Of a stretch of DNA of 64,000 bases, positions 60,206-64,000 are shown piece after piece. Within the stretch, counting starts at the first letter, position 1, and each line of letters starts with the position of its first letter. The DNA is from Eledone cirrhosa (taxonomy: Eukaryota). The stretch lies in assembly GCA_964016885.1 (NCBI GenBank), contig OZ024742.1:280054001-280118000 (forward strand), read 5' to 3'. Under the pieces are notes generated by a model that was not told where the DNA came from, made no database searches, and worked only from the letters and a program-made list of their open reading frames with translations. A program made the position numbers and the translations under genes.

Positions 60206-60645
60206 TATTAATAAAAGGAATTCCAACTTTGTCTGATTTACTCGTTTTATTTACAATGCTTTAAAATTTATAATGGTATCAGAATGAAATAGTATGGTAG
60301 AATATTAAATTTTAAGTGTTAATTGAACAAGTACGTTCATGCTTTCTCAATCTTCAGGTTCAAATTGTGTGGTGACAGTCAAGTTTGCAATTTTCAACTG
60401 TTGAAAATTTTCACAGTTGAAAATTGCAAACTTGACTGTCACCACACAATGTGAACCGGAAGATTGCGAAAGCATGAAAGTACTTGTTCAATTAACACTT
60501 AACATTTAATGTTCTACCATACTATTTCATGCTAATACCATTATAAATTTTAAAGATTCTAAATAAAACGAGTAAATCAGACAAAGTTGGAATTCCTTTT
60601 ATTAATATAATCTTCTATACACAATCATACACACCCGTGTATATT
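60206..60645. mobile_element. Fold-back HHR element with ~200-bp arms
   Basis: Palindrome centred at ~60407; two-arm consensus GAAC-CTGAAGA-T-TGC GAAA GCA-T-GAAA-GTAC-TT-GTTC (60325-60361 -, 60453-60489 +). Confidence 0.85.
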
Positions 60646-60659
60646 TCTCTCCCCCCCCC

Positions 60660-60712
<53 letters not shown>

Positions 60713-61239
60713 ATTCGCTTATCCGTCTATACGGCTTTTTCATTCATTTTACATGACAAACTAATTTTTCATTATTTCCGTACAAACTTCCTTGAATACC
60801 AACGTAAAGTAAAATATGTTCCTCGAAAATTTTATAGCACACCATTTTTCCAAGTTTGCTTCGGCCACTAAACCTGGTCATAACTTAAAGGAGCAAAGTT
60901 AAAGATATAGCGAGATTTAACCGGCTGCGGTGCAGACTGGTGTCCTCAGTCTTTTGATTGAGGCATTCTTCATAAAACCAAGCCGAGTGTCTCCCACCTC
61001 ATGAAGGAACCACGAGAAGTGGAATGTCTGATGCAGTGATTTTCGCTGATTCTTCTTCGTGGCAAGGCCTTCACTATCTTGTTCGCGTGTTTCACAACTG
61101 ATATGCTGCCTAGCCAAAGCTGTAAAGCTTGCCGCTCCCCTTTCTCCTTCTGTTTAAGTTGCCGCCTGTTTGTTTCTTGTATTTGTCTCGCTTCCTGTTT
61201 ATTATTCTAATCTTTGAAAACAAATTACTCTCATTATTT

Positions 61240-61530
61240 TAGTGAATTTTGCCTTTCATTCTTACGGGGTCGATAAAATAATGTACCCGTAATTCACTGG
61301 GTGATTGCTGGCCTTGTGCCAAAAGTAGAAACAATCATTTTGGTGAATTGGCAGTATCGGTAGTGGGTCGGACTCCATGCTTTGTAGCCTAGAGTTACAC
61401 CCCTTACCTATCTGAGTTCAAATCCCGCCGAGGTTAACTTTGCTTTTCATCCTTACGAGGTCGATGAAATAGATTACCAATAATGCACTGGGATAATTGC
61501 TGGCCTTGTACCAAAAGTAGAAACAATTAT
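61240..61530 (+). mobile_element. Tandem SINEs: a 3' fragment plus a full-length tRNA-derived copy (61340-61530)
   Basis: A-box TGGCAGTATCGG, B-box GAGTTCAAATCC, MetaSINE-like core; further fragments at 52468-52526 and ~62690-62810. Confidence 0.85.
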
Positions 61531-62852
61531 GTTATACTCTTATTCGCTAATAAATTTATTCTCTCGCTAGATAGACGTAAATTAGCTGTCAAAGAACACA
61601 TTTATGAATATGTTATTGTTATTGATTCACTGGATAGGTAGCGAGTGTATGGCAGTGTCCGTGTAGCAGAGAAGGATAACAGAGGAAGGTATCCTCGACA
61701 AGGGCCTTTATTTGAATGCCTACAACAGAGGATACTTCGTAAAAGGCATCCAAGGGTGAAATAGTGTCTTTTAAAGTCTACAATTCAAGTAAGCCACAGC
61801 ACGATTTGAAATCAGAACACAAAGTGTCGGAACAAATATCAGAATGCACTGGATGCAACATAATATGTCCACCCCTCAATTGCCCTGTAACAGTAATTTA
61901 TTTTACCGACGCCGGGAAGATATAATGTATAATGGACCTCTACGGGTTTTGAACTCAGATCTCAAATACTTTGCTAATTTGCCTGCCTACAATTCATACG
62001 ATCCGGGAGAGGTCCTCATGTTACATGTACCATATAGCATATATTATAGTGTAAGTGGCTAAGTATCCCACTGGGTCCTATATCTCGTAGGTGATTCCCC
62101 ATCCGAATCAGTGGGTCTTAATAGGTGACTTGTCTGGACTTTTGACTTACAGGTAAAATCTTTCGAAAGGGCATCTAAAAAGTTTCCGCCCAATACAACT
62201 TACGGGGCTTTCGTTGTTCCGATGTTATGGAATAGGCAGTGTCATGAAAACCGTTTATTCACCTAGGCGTACCTGAGTCCAATTGAACATGTTAACTAGA
62301 AAGCTGCAGTGAGATGAAGCGTAGGGGCTCATGATCGCGAGGCAAATGTCTTAAGGATACAACCATGATTATGTACAATTATTTAGAGTAACTAGTATGG
62401 TGCAAATAGATCGTATCTGCTATCTTATTATTGCGAGGTAAATCTCTTAACTAATCAATCTTGCATGTGTAAAACTTATGATTGCGAGAGTAACTTCTTC
62501 AACTTTCATCCGTGACTACATGCAATAAGTAAACGTGACAACAACTAGACAAGCTAGTATCTAGAGTGACGCAGTAGGTGAAAACCCACGACCACAATCA
62601 TGCCTGTGTAGAGACATGAATAGAGATATCTAATTTTTTGCACAAAACCAGTACATGTTGATTGATTCAACCCATTACTTGAATGACATTTCATTTTATC
62701 GTAACCAGAACGATAAAAGGCAAAGTTGACCTCTGTAGCATTTGAACTCAGGACGTAAGCATTCAATAATAAACCACTATGGAATTTTATCTGACGGCCT
62801 ACCAATTTTGCAAATCAAACAGATACAATTATGAATAATTGTATGTGACATA

Positions 62853-62915
62853 GAAGGGTCGAACTCACGAACCTATTATTGTGAAGCGAATTTCTTAACT
62901 ACTGCGCCATGCCTA
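62853..62915 (-). mobile_element. tRNA-like head of a second SINE family (similar remnant at ~12390-12450)
   Basis: Reverse complement shows TGGCGCAGTAG (A-box) and GAGTTCGACC (B-box); no complete cloverleaf. Confidence 0.55.
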
Positions 62916-64000
62916 CAAACAATTGTAAATAATCACAAGTGCCATGCAGGTTAAGAAAAATATAATTGGTTCAATCACAGGTTAATATAATCGATATAAT
63001 GAATACAAGAAAATGGCGTCTATTCAGAGCTTTACAGATAACTCTGTTCTTAAGAAATTTTATCGATAATGAAGATTGATTTATTGAAGAAAATTTATTA
63101 CTCAATTAAAAATAAGATAAAATGACACCGTTATCTGAACTTCGGTTGTTTTAATTCATTAGAATTGTAAGAATAACTTGAATGCATTTGACACTTTTGG
63201 CATCCGTTGTTTATAAACTACTGTCATTTTAACTCTTTAATGGAAATGGAAGATTGCACAGGCATTTTATTTATATCAAATCAAATCAGTTCTTTTTGCT
63301 CACAATCTGAACAAATATTATGTAATCAAATGATATTGAATTTACAGAAAGGCCGCATCTTACGCGGTCAGTCGTTTTCTTCCAGAAAAGTAGAACGTTG
63401 GCTGGTGTTAAAGACGGCTGGTGTTAAACATTTTCAGTTTACGTTTGGTTACATAGAGAAATGTAAATAGGCAGAGGATCTACGAAATACAATGTCAATT
63501 GCTTCTACAACAAGTGATTTTTAAAGTCTAATGAGAGTAATACAATATGTTACAAGACTTTTCTTTTGAATTACAAGTAGACGTTATACGATGGGCTTCC
63601 AGACTTTTCGTCAATCCAGTTTCATTCACAAAGCTATGGTAAATGATATTTGTCCACGATGACACACTGTAGGATCTGACGCGAGACATTAAGGATTGTG
63701 ACGAATGGAACTTCTTGAACATTTGACCATGCTATGTCCAAAAGGAGGAAAGGGCAGTGGTAATTGGAGATCGAATAAAATGATCTCTATAACGGAAGAT
63801 CTAGTATAATGATTGACCGTTCCTAAGATTTACGCAAACCTTTACCTGTCCAGTGATATACACGCCTTGCAGAAAGCTACATTCGACATGTTGACAAGAT
63901 ACAACGTTAGCAGACTAGATGATTTATATGTGATGCTTGTTCAATGATGTCTGCAACTTCTGATTTCAAGATCGATAGAGAAATATGTTTTGGAAATATA

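Noticed and set aside
60609-60645. RCTC...GAGY motif in this family's tail
   Set aside because: Absent here (a TATACAC/GTGTATA hairpin instead) and not found at the expected offset in family G or the 14052 lineage; recorded as exceptions to the motif finding.
61340-61430. tRNA gene
   Set aside because: A and B boxes are present but there is no cloverleaf, and it continues into the SINE body.
63200-64000. Possible host exon or piggyBac-like remnant (RC...ICSDC on the minus strand)
   Set aside because: Multiple stops, no catalytic motif or TIR, and no convincing splice structure.

Overview
AT-rich eukaryotic (metazoan) intergenic or intronic DNA. The SINE family and extreme (TA)n/(CA)n density suggest an octopus-like cephalopod, but that is inference. 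I find no supportable host gene, and most ORF-track entries are microsatellite read-throughs. The window is almost entirely mobile DNA: three Tx1-type LINE copies (one near full length with an 11-bp TSD), RTE and CR1/L2-group LINE remnants, a DD37D (maT) Tc1/mariner element, an internally deleted Helitron, tRNA-derived SINEs, and six GIY-YIG remnants of Penelope-like elements (PLEs). The main hidden system sits in the (TA)n tracts: more than a dozen mutually dissimilar, mostly non-coding families carrying type I hammerhead ribozymes (HHR), about 30 intact or degenerate motifs, arranged as fold-backs or tandem arrays. Highlights are (1) a 595-bp tandem retrozyme-like family whose HHR has the compensatory U3-A8 core in all six copies, (2) a ~430-bp tandem HHR family with octamer and TATA motifs upstream of the ribozyme, and (3) a covarying RCTC...YGAGY stem downstream of the HHR in about 11 families, with insertion termini mostly falling ~6 nt 5' of it. 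All structures were read by eye; no folding or database search was run.
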